From: a virus
Lineage: Duplodnaviria > Caudoviricetes
Reading direction: 5' to 3' (one strand)
Virus record (IMG/VR): IMGVR_UViG_3300030098_000938
Span: 1-33,618 of that record
Length of the DNA stretch: 33,618 nucleotides
The notes below the pieces were generated by a model. It saw only the letters and a program-made list of their open reading frames with translations. It searched no databases and had not been told where the DNA came from. This document shows positions 1 through 8,547 of the stretch, in pieces (position 1 is the first letter of the stretch; each line of letters begins with the position of its first letter). The translations under genes were made by a program, and so were the position numbers.

Positions 1-2
1 AT

Positions 3-74
3 GAGTATGTAAGCTTTTTTATTTCTGCTCATCAATTTCAAGAACCATTAATCTTAACAAAGGAAGTAGCATAA
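3..74 (+). CDS. 3' end of an upstream ORF (partial; ...EYVSFFISAHQFQEPLILTKEVA*)
   Basis: Open frame from the window edge to TAA at 72-74, which overlaps the ATG at 74 (TAATG coupling as elsewhere in the window). Confidence 0.5.
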   Translation, partial: EYVSFFISAHQFQEPLILTKEVA

Positions 75-232
75 TGGAAACAGATATAATCTGGATTTTA
101 TTATTCATAGGTTATGCAATCGGATTAATTCCGATTGCATACTTTGGCATTGTTGGAACTAACGAGGCAATAGATCATCAAAACAAATTGCATAAATCTT
201 TTGAAAGGAATAAAAAAAATGAGCGAGTATAA
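74..232 (+). CDS. Small single-pass membrane protein, 52 aa (METDIIWILLFIGYAIGLIPIAYFGIVGTNEAIDHQNK...)
   Basis: Hand-translated, absent from the ORF track. AAGGAAG upstream, TAATG overlap, hydrophobic N-terminal stretch then a charged tail. Confidence 0.65.
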   Translation: METDIIWILLFIGYAIGLIPIAYFGIVGTNEAIDHQNKLHKSFERNKKNERV

Positions 233-575
233 CTGGTGTCATAATCCTGATTGCCATAAGATTGAAACACAATCAAGGATTCGTGGAACTGGCGACAATA
301 AAGTATTGCGAACTAGAAAGATTGCATTAAATAGTGAATGGAGAAGAACTAGTATTTGGGCATATTTTTGTAATCACAATTGTTTGTTTCAATTCTTAAA
401 TAAGTTTGCACATCAGATTGCCGACACATATTCAGTTAAGCAACCAAGTGAAACACCTATCAAAGTTAAAAAAGAAAAATATGAAAGATATAGATATAGA
501 TATGATAGTGTGAATGGACAAGAACGAGTACCATATCAATCAACAATAACAACAATAGTGAGGAACAATGAATAA
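219..575 (+). CDS. Hypothetical protein with a putative Cys4 zinc-binding site (CHNPDC...YFCNHNC)
   Basis: ATG at 219 follows GAAAGGA and is preferred over TTG at 201. Two Cys pairs, Cx4C and FCx3C. Confidence 0.7.
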   Translation: MSEYNWCHNPDCHKIETQSRIRGTGDNKVLRTRKIALNSEWRRTSIWAYFCNHNCLFQFLNKFAHQIADTYSVKQPSETPIKVKKEKYERYRYRYDSVNGQERVPYQSTITTIVRNNE

Positions 576-588
576 ATAATCCTATTTA

Positions 589-645
589 ATCCCATGCATT
601 AATTGCATACCCTTTCCCACAATATCCCATGCAAAAACTGCATGG
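589..645. promoter_or_regulatory. Two copies of ATCCCATGCA-N5-TGCAT palindromic box (589-608, 624-643), 35-bp period
   Basis: Read directly. The second copy is a perfect 7-bp-arm palindrome, CCATGCA-aaaac-TGCATGG. Confidence 0.65.
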
Positions 646-666
646 CTCGCGTAACTATGAGGAGCG

Positions 667-718
667 CGGGCGGGCCCACCCCATCAGAATTATGGGGAGA
701 CCGGGCGGGCCCACCCCA
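667..718. repeat. Exact 17-bp GC-rich direct repeat CGGGCGGGCCCACCCCA (667-683, 702-718), 35-bp period
   Basis: Read directly. The 18-nt spacer carries ATGGGG (692-697), which can pair with CCCCAT (679-684). Confidence 0.9.
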
Positions 719-813
719 GATCAATAGAGGTACCAGGTCCAGGCAACAATCCAAACACAACACACAAACCTAACACCCCCTAAAACAAAAAGGGGTCCCA
801 AGCTTACCCTTTA

Positions 814-842
814 TTGTTTAATTCAGACGATTAGTGTATAAC
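814..842 (+). promoter_or_regulatory. Putative sigma70-type promoter for the terL operon
   Basis: TTGTTT (814-819), 17 nt, TATAAC (837-842), 21 nt before the terL ATG. Confidence 0.45.
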
Positions 843-863
843 TTTTGAAAACATATTTAAGAT

Positions 864-2348
864 ATGCAAGACACAGAAAATATTACAAAAAATTTAGAGG
901 GATTGACTCCAGAAGAAAGCGCTAAACTAATAGAACTTGAAAGAAGCGTAGCATTGGATGAAGCTCGTCCAAATATTACAAAAAATTTTTTAAGTTTTGT
1001 AAAGTATGTTTGGCCTGAGTTTATAGAGGGTTCCCATCATAAAATTATTAATAAAAAATTTAATGATCTCGCTAGCGGGAAAATTAAAAGACTAATCATT
1101 AACATGCCGCCAAGACATACAAAGTCGGAGTTTGCCTCATACTTACTCCCGGCATGGATGATTGGGAACAACCCAAAATTAAAAATAATCCAAGCAACTC
1201 ACACAGCTGACCTTGCAATTGACTTTGGACGTAAGACTAAAAATTTGGTTGATGATAAAAATTACCAAGAACTTTTTAAAACTAGACTTCAAGAAGATAG
1301 TCAGGCAGCAGGGAAATGGAAAACTGAACAAGGCGGTGAATACTTTGCAGCCGGTGTTGGTGGAGCAATCACTGGACGGGGTGCGGATCTATTAATTATT
1401 GATGACCCTCATAAAGAACAAGATGTTAGAGCAGATGGTAAAGCTTTTGATAAAGCTATGAACTGGTACACAGCTGGTCCACGTCAACGTTTGCAACCTG
1501 GTGGAGCTATTGTAATTGTAATGACTAGGTGGTCTACAAAAGATGTAACCGGTCAATTATTAAAAGCACAAAGTGAGGAAGGAAGTGATCAATGGGAAGT
1601 TGTAGAACTTCCAGCAATATTGCCAAATGGAAAACCTGTTTGGCCAGAATTTTGGAAAGTAGAAGAGCTTCTTAAAACAAAAGCCTCGATCCCCGTTTCC
1701 AACTGGCTGGCCCAATATATGCAGCAACCAACCGCTGAAGAAGGAGCCATATTAAAACGAGATTGGTGGATGGATTGGGAAGGTCAATACCCCCCTAAAC
1801 TAGAATATATCGTAATGTCTATGGATACTGCTTTTACAAAATCAACAACGTCGGACTATAGTGCTGTAACTATGTGGGGTGTATTTAATACAGAAGATAC
1901 CGGACAAAATATAATTTTACTTAATGCATTTAAAGGCAGATTCGAGTTCCCCGAACTACGTAGAGTGGCTCTAGAAGAATACCAAGACTGGCGACCTGAC
2001 ATGGTTATAATCGAGGCCAAGGCATCAGGGCTACCTCTGACTCATGAGCTAAGACAAATGGATATCCCAGTTATTAACTTTACACCCTCAAAAGGAAATG
2101 ATAAACACACAAGAGTAAACTCCGTTGCCCCGCTTTTTGAAAGCGGTAAAGTATGGGCCCCGATGCATGAGCATTTTGCACAAGAAGTAGTGGAAGAATG
2201 TGCATCGTTTCCATTTGGAGATCATGATGACTACGTCGATAGTACGACACAGGCAATCATGCGAATTAGACAGGGTGGTTTGGTTCGACATCCTGAAGAT
2301 TACAAAGATGAGCCAATTGTTAGAGGACAAGTAAAGTATTATGGCTAA
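864..2348 (+). CDS. terL: Terminase large subunit
   Basis: Terminase-type Walker A (INMPPRHTKS), Walker B (LLIIDDPH), coupling motif (VMTRW) and RNase H-like nuclease acidic residues (SMDTA, HDDYVDS). Confidence 0.96.
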   Translation: MQDTENITKNLEGLTPEESAKLIELERSVALDEARPNITKNFLSFVKYVWPEFIEGSHHKIINKKFNDLASGKIKRLIINMPPRHTKSEFASYLLPAWMIGNNPKLKIIQATHTADLAIDFGRKTKNLVDDKNYQELFKTRLQEDSQAAGKWKTEQGGEYFAAGVGGAITGRGADLLIIDDPHKEQDVRADGKAFDKAMNWYTAGPRQRLQPGGAIVIVMTRWSTKDVTGQLLKAQSEEGSDQWEVVELPAILPNGKPVWPEFWKVEELLKTKASIPVSNWLAQYMQQPTAEEGAILKRDWWMDWEGQYPPKLEYIVMSMDTAFTKSTTSDYSAVTMWGVFNTEDTGQNIILLNAFKGRFEFPELRRVALEEYQDWRPDMVIIEAKASGLPLTHELRQMDIPVINFTPSKGNDKHTRVNSVAPLFESGKVWAPMHEHFAQEVVEECASFPFGDHDDYVDSTTQAIMRIRQGGLVRHPEDYKDEPIVRGQVKYYG

Positions 2349-3300
2349 AAAAGAATTAGTAGAAAACATTGTAAAACTATATTCCAAACTAGGTGGGAAT
2401 ATGAGCGATGTCCTTGGTTCCAGGTCCAATGTTACTTTTCTAGGTACAGGTAAGAACCCCGAACCATTTATTGACATGTCCATTAATATGGAAGCTGTAG
2501 GCGCACTCGGTAAATCAAAGATATTAGAAGAATTAAAAAGCCCTATGGGCTATTTAACTGCTGACAAATTAAACGATGTTCAAGCAGGAAAGTTATACGA
2601 AAATATGTTAAAGCTCGATGAGTTTTATAATCCTAGACAAGTCGCTAACATCACTGACATGGCAACAGGGACCAGGAATTTAGACCAAGAAGGTTTAGGT
2701 GCTTTAAGAGCTAGAGGTGATTACATGACCGACGAAGGTGTAATGGCATCAGAAACTATTTTACCAATGAGAAGAGGTACTCAATTAGCAGATGATCTAC
2801 CACCTCCAGGTTCACGTGGCGGACCAGATGATATCGCAGCGCCATTTGCATCAGCAGAAGACACAATTAAAAATTTAGAAAGGCAAGACCCAGAACTTGC
2901 AGTACAATTTAAAAATATATTCTCTAACAGAGCCGAACTGCCAGCTAAACGTGCATCAGCTAGAGAGTTTTTAGTAGAAGCATTAAAAGCAGATGATACG
3001 TTTGCAACTAGACTTTCAAGTGTAATAGATGCAGAAGACGTAAAATACATTACTGAAGGTGGCGGCGGCGTTATGGGTGACCCGTTGGTATTAGTTGAAA
3101 AATATTTTGGACCAAGAATTTCAGAAGCAATTCCAGTAGGTGCAACTGGTGAAGAGATTATAACTTTTACAAGACGAGTTATGGATAACGTAGAAGACGC
3201 TAGAGGATTTAAACCGGATGATCCAAGGTTTGATAGATTCACTGCAAGATTTGTAGACGAGATGGCAGAAGGTGGATTGGCCAAGATCTTGGAGGTCTAA
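2341..3300 (+). CDS. Hypothetical acidic protein, 319 aa, possibly an internal virion protein; ends in MAEGGLAKILEV
   Basis: Long ORF overlapping the terL stop and coupled to the next gene. No recognisable catalytic motif. Confidence 0.8.
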   Translation: MAKKELVENIVKLYSKLGGNMSDVLGSRSNVTFLGTGKNPEPFIDMSINMEAVGALGKSKILEELKSPMGYLTADKLNDVQAGKLYENMLKLDEFYNPRQVANITDMATGTRNLDQEGLGALRARGDYMTDEGVMASETILPMRRGTQLADDLPPPGSRGGPDDIAAPFASAEDTIKNLERQDPELAVQFKNIFSNRAELPAKRASAREFLVEALKADDTFATRLSSVIDAEDVKYITEGGGGVMGDPLVLVEKYFGPRISEAIPVGATGEEIITFTRRVMDNVEDARGFKPDDPRFDRFTARFVDEMAEGGLAKILEV

Positions 3301-5645
3301 TGGCTTATCAAAACGTCCCTAATGAACCACACATAAAATATAATCCGGTTAGTAAACTTTACATAGTTACTAGAACAGTTAAAGGTAAAAGTCAGTATGA
3401 AGGAGGCATAACTTCATTAACAAAAGCAAAACAAATTAGAGATAAATTTGTAAAAGCATTACCGGCAGAAACTACAGCTCAAACTAATATAAGAACCAAA
3501 ACTTTTTCAGGAAATTTAGATCCTAAAGAATTAAACAAAGCGTCTAGATTTTTTTATAAAAGAGGAGAAATAAGTTCGCCGTATTATGAAGATTTACAAA
3601 ATTTAGAAAAAAGAAAAGTTAGCACTAATGTTAGAAGAGGAGCAACACCTGGAAAATTTAGTGCCAATACTATATTTACTCCACTTAAAAAATCTGCACA
3701 AAATAAAATTTTAAAACAATTTCCTGATGCAGATTTTACAATATATAAATATGGATTTAGTCAAACAGTAGACCCACAAAAATTTAATGCTGTCGATGAC
3801 TTTATTGAACGGGGCTATAAACCAGCTTTCTACAACGTAAAAAATTTACCTAAAAAAACACAGAATTTAATTATTGAAGCTTTTGGTAAAGAAGCTGATG
3901 AAGCAGGCACGCCATTAAGGTTTGATCCGGGCAGAAAGTTTGGAATAGGTCCAAAAGAAAATTCTTTACTATATCAACGAATTAATAATTTTATTAGAGA
4001 TTTTGGAAAAGAATACCCGTTTGCATTTAGTTTTGAAAAATCTGAAAACTGGATAATTGCTCAAATGGCAAGAGCAGCTAAAACTAATCCTGCCGTTTAT
4101 AAAGTTCTTAAAAATGAGGCAGGCAAAATAATTGGTGCTTCTGAAAATGGTGTAAAATATTATCACGCTAATTCTAAAATTGGTAATCCTATTACTAATC
4201 ACCCTGAAGCTAAAAAAGTTTCTAAGTTTGTTGAGGTTGCACGAAACGCAAAAGCTAATATTCCGCAGGCTCTTGCAAAAGCATTTCCAAAAGGTTTTGA
4301 TAGAACCTTATTAAGAAACGATAGGGCTTATACAGATTTATTACAATGGTTAGATAATTCTCAAGGAAGAAGAATGGTTAAAAATGCTATTGAGGTTCAC
4401 CATGCGGGAGCAGGTGGAGTAGGTGGTAATCCAGCTTTAGCAAAAGATTTACAATTATTAACAAGACAAGATAATATAACTGCTAATACAATTAAAAATC
4501 AAATTTTAAATAATGATTTTTCTAGAGTACAAGAATTAAAAGATAAAGGCATTAGATTAAATGTTGGTGGTAAAGAATATGGAGCTGGTTTTGAAACTGC
4601 AGAAAAAGGTTTAAAAAGAATTGAAACACAAGCTGCCACACAATTAGCGGAAAGATTAAAAACTGATCCAAACTTATCTGGTTTTTCTAAATTTCTAAAA
4701 CAAGATGTTATTGGTTTTGGAACAGCTGTAAAAGAAAATGCATTAGCAGGTGGTGAAGTTTGTAGAATAGTTGGAGCAAAACAATCTGGGGGAGCAGCAG
4801 TAAGTTGTGTAGATGCGGTCGATGATGCACTTAAAAAAAATCCAAAAAAATTAGCACAAGATATTAATAAGTCTAATGCAGGTGGTGCGTTTAATAAAAT
4901 TAAAAACTCAAGTACAAAATTTTTAAGAGCAATAAAAGAAAATCCAAATTTACTTAGAGGTGGATTAGCTGGTAAGATTGCCCTGGGCCTTGGTACCGTA
5001 GCCGCGGGCGCTGGAGCTGGTGCATTGGTTAAACAATTTAGAAACGATGACCCGAGTACATATTTAACTAACGATAGTCAAATGGAAGGAATGATTATTG
5101 CTGATGTTGAACAAAAGGGCAAAGAAGTTGATGATAACATTTTATTAGACAATCAATTTAAATTAGAATTAGCCGGAGCAGCAGGATTGACTACACCGAT
5201 TGCTAAAAAAGTTTATCAGACAGCAAGAGGTGTTGGAGAAACTGGACCATTACCAGAAGGTGTTGGTAGAACTAGAGCAGCTTTAGGATTAGAAAAAGGT
5301 GTTCTTGGAAAAGGTTTATGGGCACTTGGTGCACCAATAATACAGGTACCCTCTACTCTAGGTTACATTGCACAAGATGTAAGAGAGGGTAAAGATGTGG
5401 GTGAAATTGCAACTAACCCGTTAAATTATTTAGGTGCAGCATTTATGAATCCTGCAGTAAAAGCTTTAGGTAAAGCCGGAATGTCGAGAGGATTACTTGG
5501 TATTGCATCTTTAGGTTTAGCAGGAACAGCAGCACTGCCTGCACTGTCCATTGGTGCTGGACTAGCAACACTTGGAACACTTGGTTATCAAGGATATAAA
5601 CTATTTACTGGTAAAAATAGATCAGATGAGGATTTTTTTAGGTAA
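3300..5645 (+). CDS. 781-aa multidomain protein: AP2-like N-terminus, HNH-like central motif, Gly/Ala-rich hydrophobic C-terminal region
   Basis: HIKYNPVSKLYIVTRTVKGKSQYEGGITSLTKAKQIRD resembles AP2-type three-strand plus helix DNA-binding domains. IEVHH...GN...DLQLLTRQDN resembles HNH. GLLGIASLGLAGTAALPALSIGAGLATLGTLG is hydrophobic. The ORF is secure; the domain calls are by eye. Confidence 0.7.
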   Translation: MAYQNVPNEPHIKYNPVSKLYIVTRTVKGKSQYEGGITSLTKAKQIRDKFVKALPAETTAQTNIRTKTFSGNLDPKELNKASRFFYKRGEISSPYYEDLQNLEKRKVSTNVRRGATPGKFSANTIFTPLKKSAQNKILKQFPDADFTIYKYGFSQTVDPQKFNAVDDFIERGYKPAFYNVKNLPKKTQNLIIEAFGKEADEAGTPLRFDPGRKFGIGPKENSLLYQRINNFIRDFGKEYPFAFSFEKSENWIIAQMARAAKTNPAVYKVLKNEAGKIIGASENGVKYYHANSKIGNPITNHPEAKKVSKFVEVARNAKANIPQALAKAFPKGFDRTLLRNDRAYTDLLQWLDNSQGRRMVKNAIEVHHAGAGGVGGNPALAKDLQLLTRQDNITANTIKNQILNNDFSRVQELKDKGIRLNVGGKEYGAGFETAEKGLKRIETQAATQLAERLKTDPNLSGFSKFLKQDVIGFGTAVKENALAGGEVCRIVGAKQSGGAAVSCVDAVDDALKKNPKKLAQDINKSNAGGAFNKIKNSSTKFLRAIKENPNLLRGGLAGKIALGLGTVAAGAGAGALVKQFRNDDPSTYLTNDSQMEGMIIADVEQKGKEVDDNILLDNQFKLELAGAAGLTTPIAKKVYQTARGVGETGPLPEGVGRTRAALGLEKGVLGKGLWALGAPIIQVPSTLGYIAQDVREGKDVGEIATNPLNYLGAAFMNPAVKALGKAGMSRGLLGIASLGLAGTAALPALSIGAGLATLGTLGYQGYKLFTGKNRSDEDFFR

Positions 5646-5821
5646 TGAAAAATAAAACTCTTGTTGCAAATATGCAACACGTCAAATGGAAGGAAATCCC
5701 ACCTTTGAGAGGACCTAATTCTCAAGGGTTGAATATTCCCATAAAACAAGCTACAACAGTCAAGAACTCGGAGAATATAAATGGCAAAAATAGACAAAGC
5801 CCTACCAAACGTAGAGACTGA
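5645..5821 (+). CDS. Small protein, 58 aa (MKNKTLVANMQHVKWKEIPPLRGPNSQGLNIP...)
   Basis: Hand-translated. TAATG overlap with the upstream stop; fills the gap before the portal gene and overlaps its start by 41 nt. Confidence 0.65.
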   Translation: MKNKTLVANMQHVKWKEIPPLRGPNSQGLNIPIKQATTVKNSENINGKNRQSPTKRRD

Positions 5822-8294
5822 AATTAAAATACCTGGAGAAGAAGAAATAGCAGTTGCTCAAGAAGAAACTGTTAACGAACAGGTTGGTCCTAATGACGTT
5901 CAAGTTACAACTGAAGAAGATGGTAGTGCAACAATTAATTTTGATCCTGAAGCAGTTAATCAACCAGGAACAGACGGTCATTTTGACAATTTAGCAGAAT
6001 TATTACCAGAAGATGTTTTAGGAAAATTAGGTTCTGAACTTGCAGGAAATTATAGTCAATATAAATCTTCAAGAAAAGCATGGGAAGATAGTTATACAAA
6101 AGGTTTAGATTTATTAGGTTTTAAATACGAAAACCCAACACAACCATTTCAAGGAGCATCTGGTGCAACACATCCAGTCCTTGCAGAAGCTGTTACACAG
6201 TTTCAAGCACAAGCATACAAAGAATTATTACCTGCAACAGGTCCAGTGCATACACAAATAGTTGGACTAGCAGATAGAGCTCGAGAAGAGCAATCAAACA
6301 GAGTTAAAGAATTCATGAACTATCAGCTCATGGATGTGATGAAAGAGTACGAACCCGAGTTCGACCAAATGCTTTTTTATCTCCCTCTTAGTGGCTCTGC
6401 TTTTAAGAAAGTCTACTATGACGAACTCTTAGGCAGAGCTGTATCAAAATTTGTTCCAGCTGACGATTTAGTTGTGCCGTACACTGCTACATCTTTAGAA
6501 GATGCAGAAGCAGTTGTGCATGTAATTAAAATGTCTGAAAATGATTTAAGAAAAAAACAAGTTTCAGGTTTTTATCAAGATATAGAATTAACACCTAGTT
6601 ATAATCAAGAAACAGAAGTAGAGAAAAAAGAACGAGAACTAGAAGGAGTTAAAAAAACTAGAGAAGAAGATATCTTTACAATTTTAGAAATTCATACCGA
6701 TTTAGATTTAGAGGGTTTTGAAGACAAAGACTCACAAGGAGAACCAACAGGAATTAAACTTCCATATATTGTTTCTCTAGATTTAGGAAGCAGACAAATA
6801 TTATCAATTAGAAGAAACTATCAAATAGAAGATCCACAAAAACTTAAAATAGATTATTTTGTACATTTTAAATTTTTACCTGGATTAGGTTTTTATGGTT
6901 TTGGTTTAATTCATATGATCGGTGGTTTATCAAGAACAGCAACCACTGCATTACGTCAACTACTTGACGCAGGAACTTTAAGTAATTTACCGGCCGGATT
7001 TAAGCAAAGAGGAATCCGTGTTAGAGATGAGGCACAAGCTATACAGCCTGGCGAATTCAGAGATGTAGATGCACCTGGAGGAAGTATCAAAGATGCATTT
7101 ATGCCTTTACCATTTAAAGAACCTTCACCAACTTTGTTACAGTTGATGGGTATAGTGGTACAGGCAGGGCAACGATTTGCCGCCATAGCTGACATGCAGG
7201 TCGGTGACGGCAACCAACAAGCAGCTGTTGGTACGACTATAGCTCTTTTAGAACGTGGTTCGAGAGTCATGTCAGCCATACACAAAAGATTGTATGTGGC
7301 GATGAAAAGTGAATTCCAATTATTAGCAGGAGTTTTTAAAACTTACTTACCTAACGAGTATCCATATGACGTGGTAGGAGGTCAAAGAAATATAAAAGTT
7401 GCAGATTTTGATGACAAAGTAGATATTATTCCTGTTGCAGACCCAAATATTTTTTCTCAATCACAAAGAATTAGTTTAGCACAGACAGAATTGCAACTTG
7501 CAATGTCAAATCCAAAAATGCACAACCTTTATGAAGCGTTTCATGCAATGTATACAGCGATTGGTGTAAAAAATATTGATAAAATACTTCCGCCACCTCA
7601 ACAACCACAACCAATGGACCCTGCAACTGAAAATATTCTTGCAATGAGCGGAAAACCTTTCCAAGCTTTTAAAGGACAAGACCATCAAGCGCATATTACG
7701 ACCCATTTAAACTTTATGGCGACCAATATTGCTCGAAATAACCCGATTGTAATGGCTGCATTAGAAAAAAACATTTTTGAACACATTTCTTTGATGGCAC
7801 AAGAGCAATTAGAGGTAGAATTTAGAGAAGAAATTGCAAAATTGATGCAAATGCAACAAATGATGCAACAAAATCCAATGTTACAGCAAGATCCACAGAT
7901 TCAACAACAAATGATGTCTCTTTCAATGAGTTTAGAATCTAGAAAAGCTAAATTAATTGCAGAAATGACTGAAGAATTTAAAAATGAAGAAAATAAAATT
8001 ATGGGTGAGTTTGGAAATGACCCAATTGCTAAATTAAAAGCAAGAGAACTAGATTTAAGAGCTATGGATGACAGCATTAAACGTGAACAAGGCCAAGAAA
8101 AGATTGATTTAGATAGATCTAAGCAATTAATGGGCCAACAGCAATTTGATGAAAAATTAGATCAAAACCAAGAATTAGCTGAATTAAGAGCTGATACGTC
8201 GTTAACTAAACAAATGATGTCTCAACAAGCTAAAATGGAAAATGATTTGATGAAAATGGCAGATGTTAAGATCTTGAAAGGTCCTAAAAGATAG
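5781..8294 (+). CDS. Portal protein (podovirus/P22-like) with a long helical Gln-rich C-terminus
   Basis: 837 aa, downstream of terL, GGAG RBS. Portal-like motifs (LPLSGSAFKKVYYD, FLPGLGFYGFGL) and a C-terminal coiled coil. Confidence 0.88.
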   Translation: MAKIDKALPNVETEIKIPGEEEIAVAQEETVNEQVGPNDVQVTTEEDGSATINFDPEAVNQPGTDGHFDNLAELLPEDVLGKLGSELAGNYSQYKSSRKAWEDSYTKGLDLLGFKYENPTQPFQGASGATHPVLAEAVTQFQAQAYKELLPATGPVHTQIVGLADRAREEQSNRVKEFMNYQLMDVMKEYEPEFDQMLFYLPLSGSAFKKVYYDELLGRAVSKFVPADDLVVPYTATSLEDAEAVVHVIKMSENDLRKKQVSGFYQDIELTPSYNQETEVEKKERELEGVKKTREEDIFTILEIHTDLDLEGFEDKDSQGEPTGIKLPYIVSLDLGSRQILSIRRNYQIEDPQKLKIDYFVHFKFLPGLGFYGFGLIHMIGGLSRTATTALRQLLDAGTLSNLPAGFKQRGIRVRDEAQAIQPGEFRDVDAPGGSIKDAFMPLPFKEPSPTLLQLMGIVVQAGQRFAAIADMQVGDGNQQAAVGTTIALLERGSRVMSAIHKRLYVAMKSEFQLLAGVFKTYLPNEYPYDVVGGQRNIKVADFDDKVDIIPVADPNIFSQSQRISLAQTELQLAMSNPKMHNLYEAFHAMYTAIGVKNIDKILPPPQQPQPMDPATENILAMSGKPFQAFKGQDHQAHITTHLNFMATNIARNNPIVMAALEKNIFEHISLMAQEQLEVEFREEIAKLMQMQQMMQQNPMLQQDPQIQQQMMSLSMSLESRKAKLIAEMTEEFKNEENKIMGEFGNDPIAKLKARELDLRAMDDSIKREQGQEKIDLDRSKQLMGQQQFDEKLDQNQELAELRADTSLTKQMMSQQAKMENDLMKMADVKILKGPKR

Positions 8295-8319
8295 TATAAT
8301 AAACAAATAGGAGAAAACT

Positions 8320-8544
8320 ATGAAAAAACAAAAAACATTCTTTACAAAAAACAATCCAAATTACATTGGAGAAGTTGTATCTGATACACCAAAAGCAGAT
8401 GCTAAAAACACTTTTCCTATTAATGCGGATGGTTATGCAAAAGAAGTTGAAGTTAAAATGCCTTTAGGTCAACCAACTGTAAACAAAGTTGGTGGACAAA
8501 AAAGAATGCTAGCTTCTAAAAAATCTACTGTTAAGTGGTACTAG
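8320..8544 (+). CDS. Hypothetical protein, 74 aa
   Basis: AGGAG RBS, with TATAAT at 8295-8300 upstream. Confidence 0.75.
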   Translation: MKKQKTFFTKNNPNYIGEVVSDTPKADAKNTFPINADGYAKEVEVKMPLGQPTVNKVGGQKRMLASKKSTVKWY

Positions 8545-8547
8545 TTT

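Noticed and set aside
667-718. 17-bp repeat, 18-bp spacer, repeat as a mini-CRISPR
   Set aside because: Only two units, both repeat and spacer are too short, and there is no cas gene. Kept as a direct repeat.
8274-8300. Promoter TTGAAA...TATAAT at the end of the portal gene
   Set aside because: Spacing is 15 nt, which is suboptimal. It is possible but not reported as a feature.
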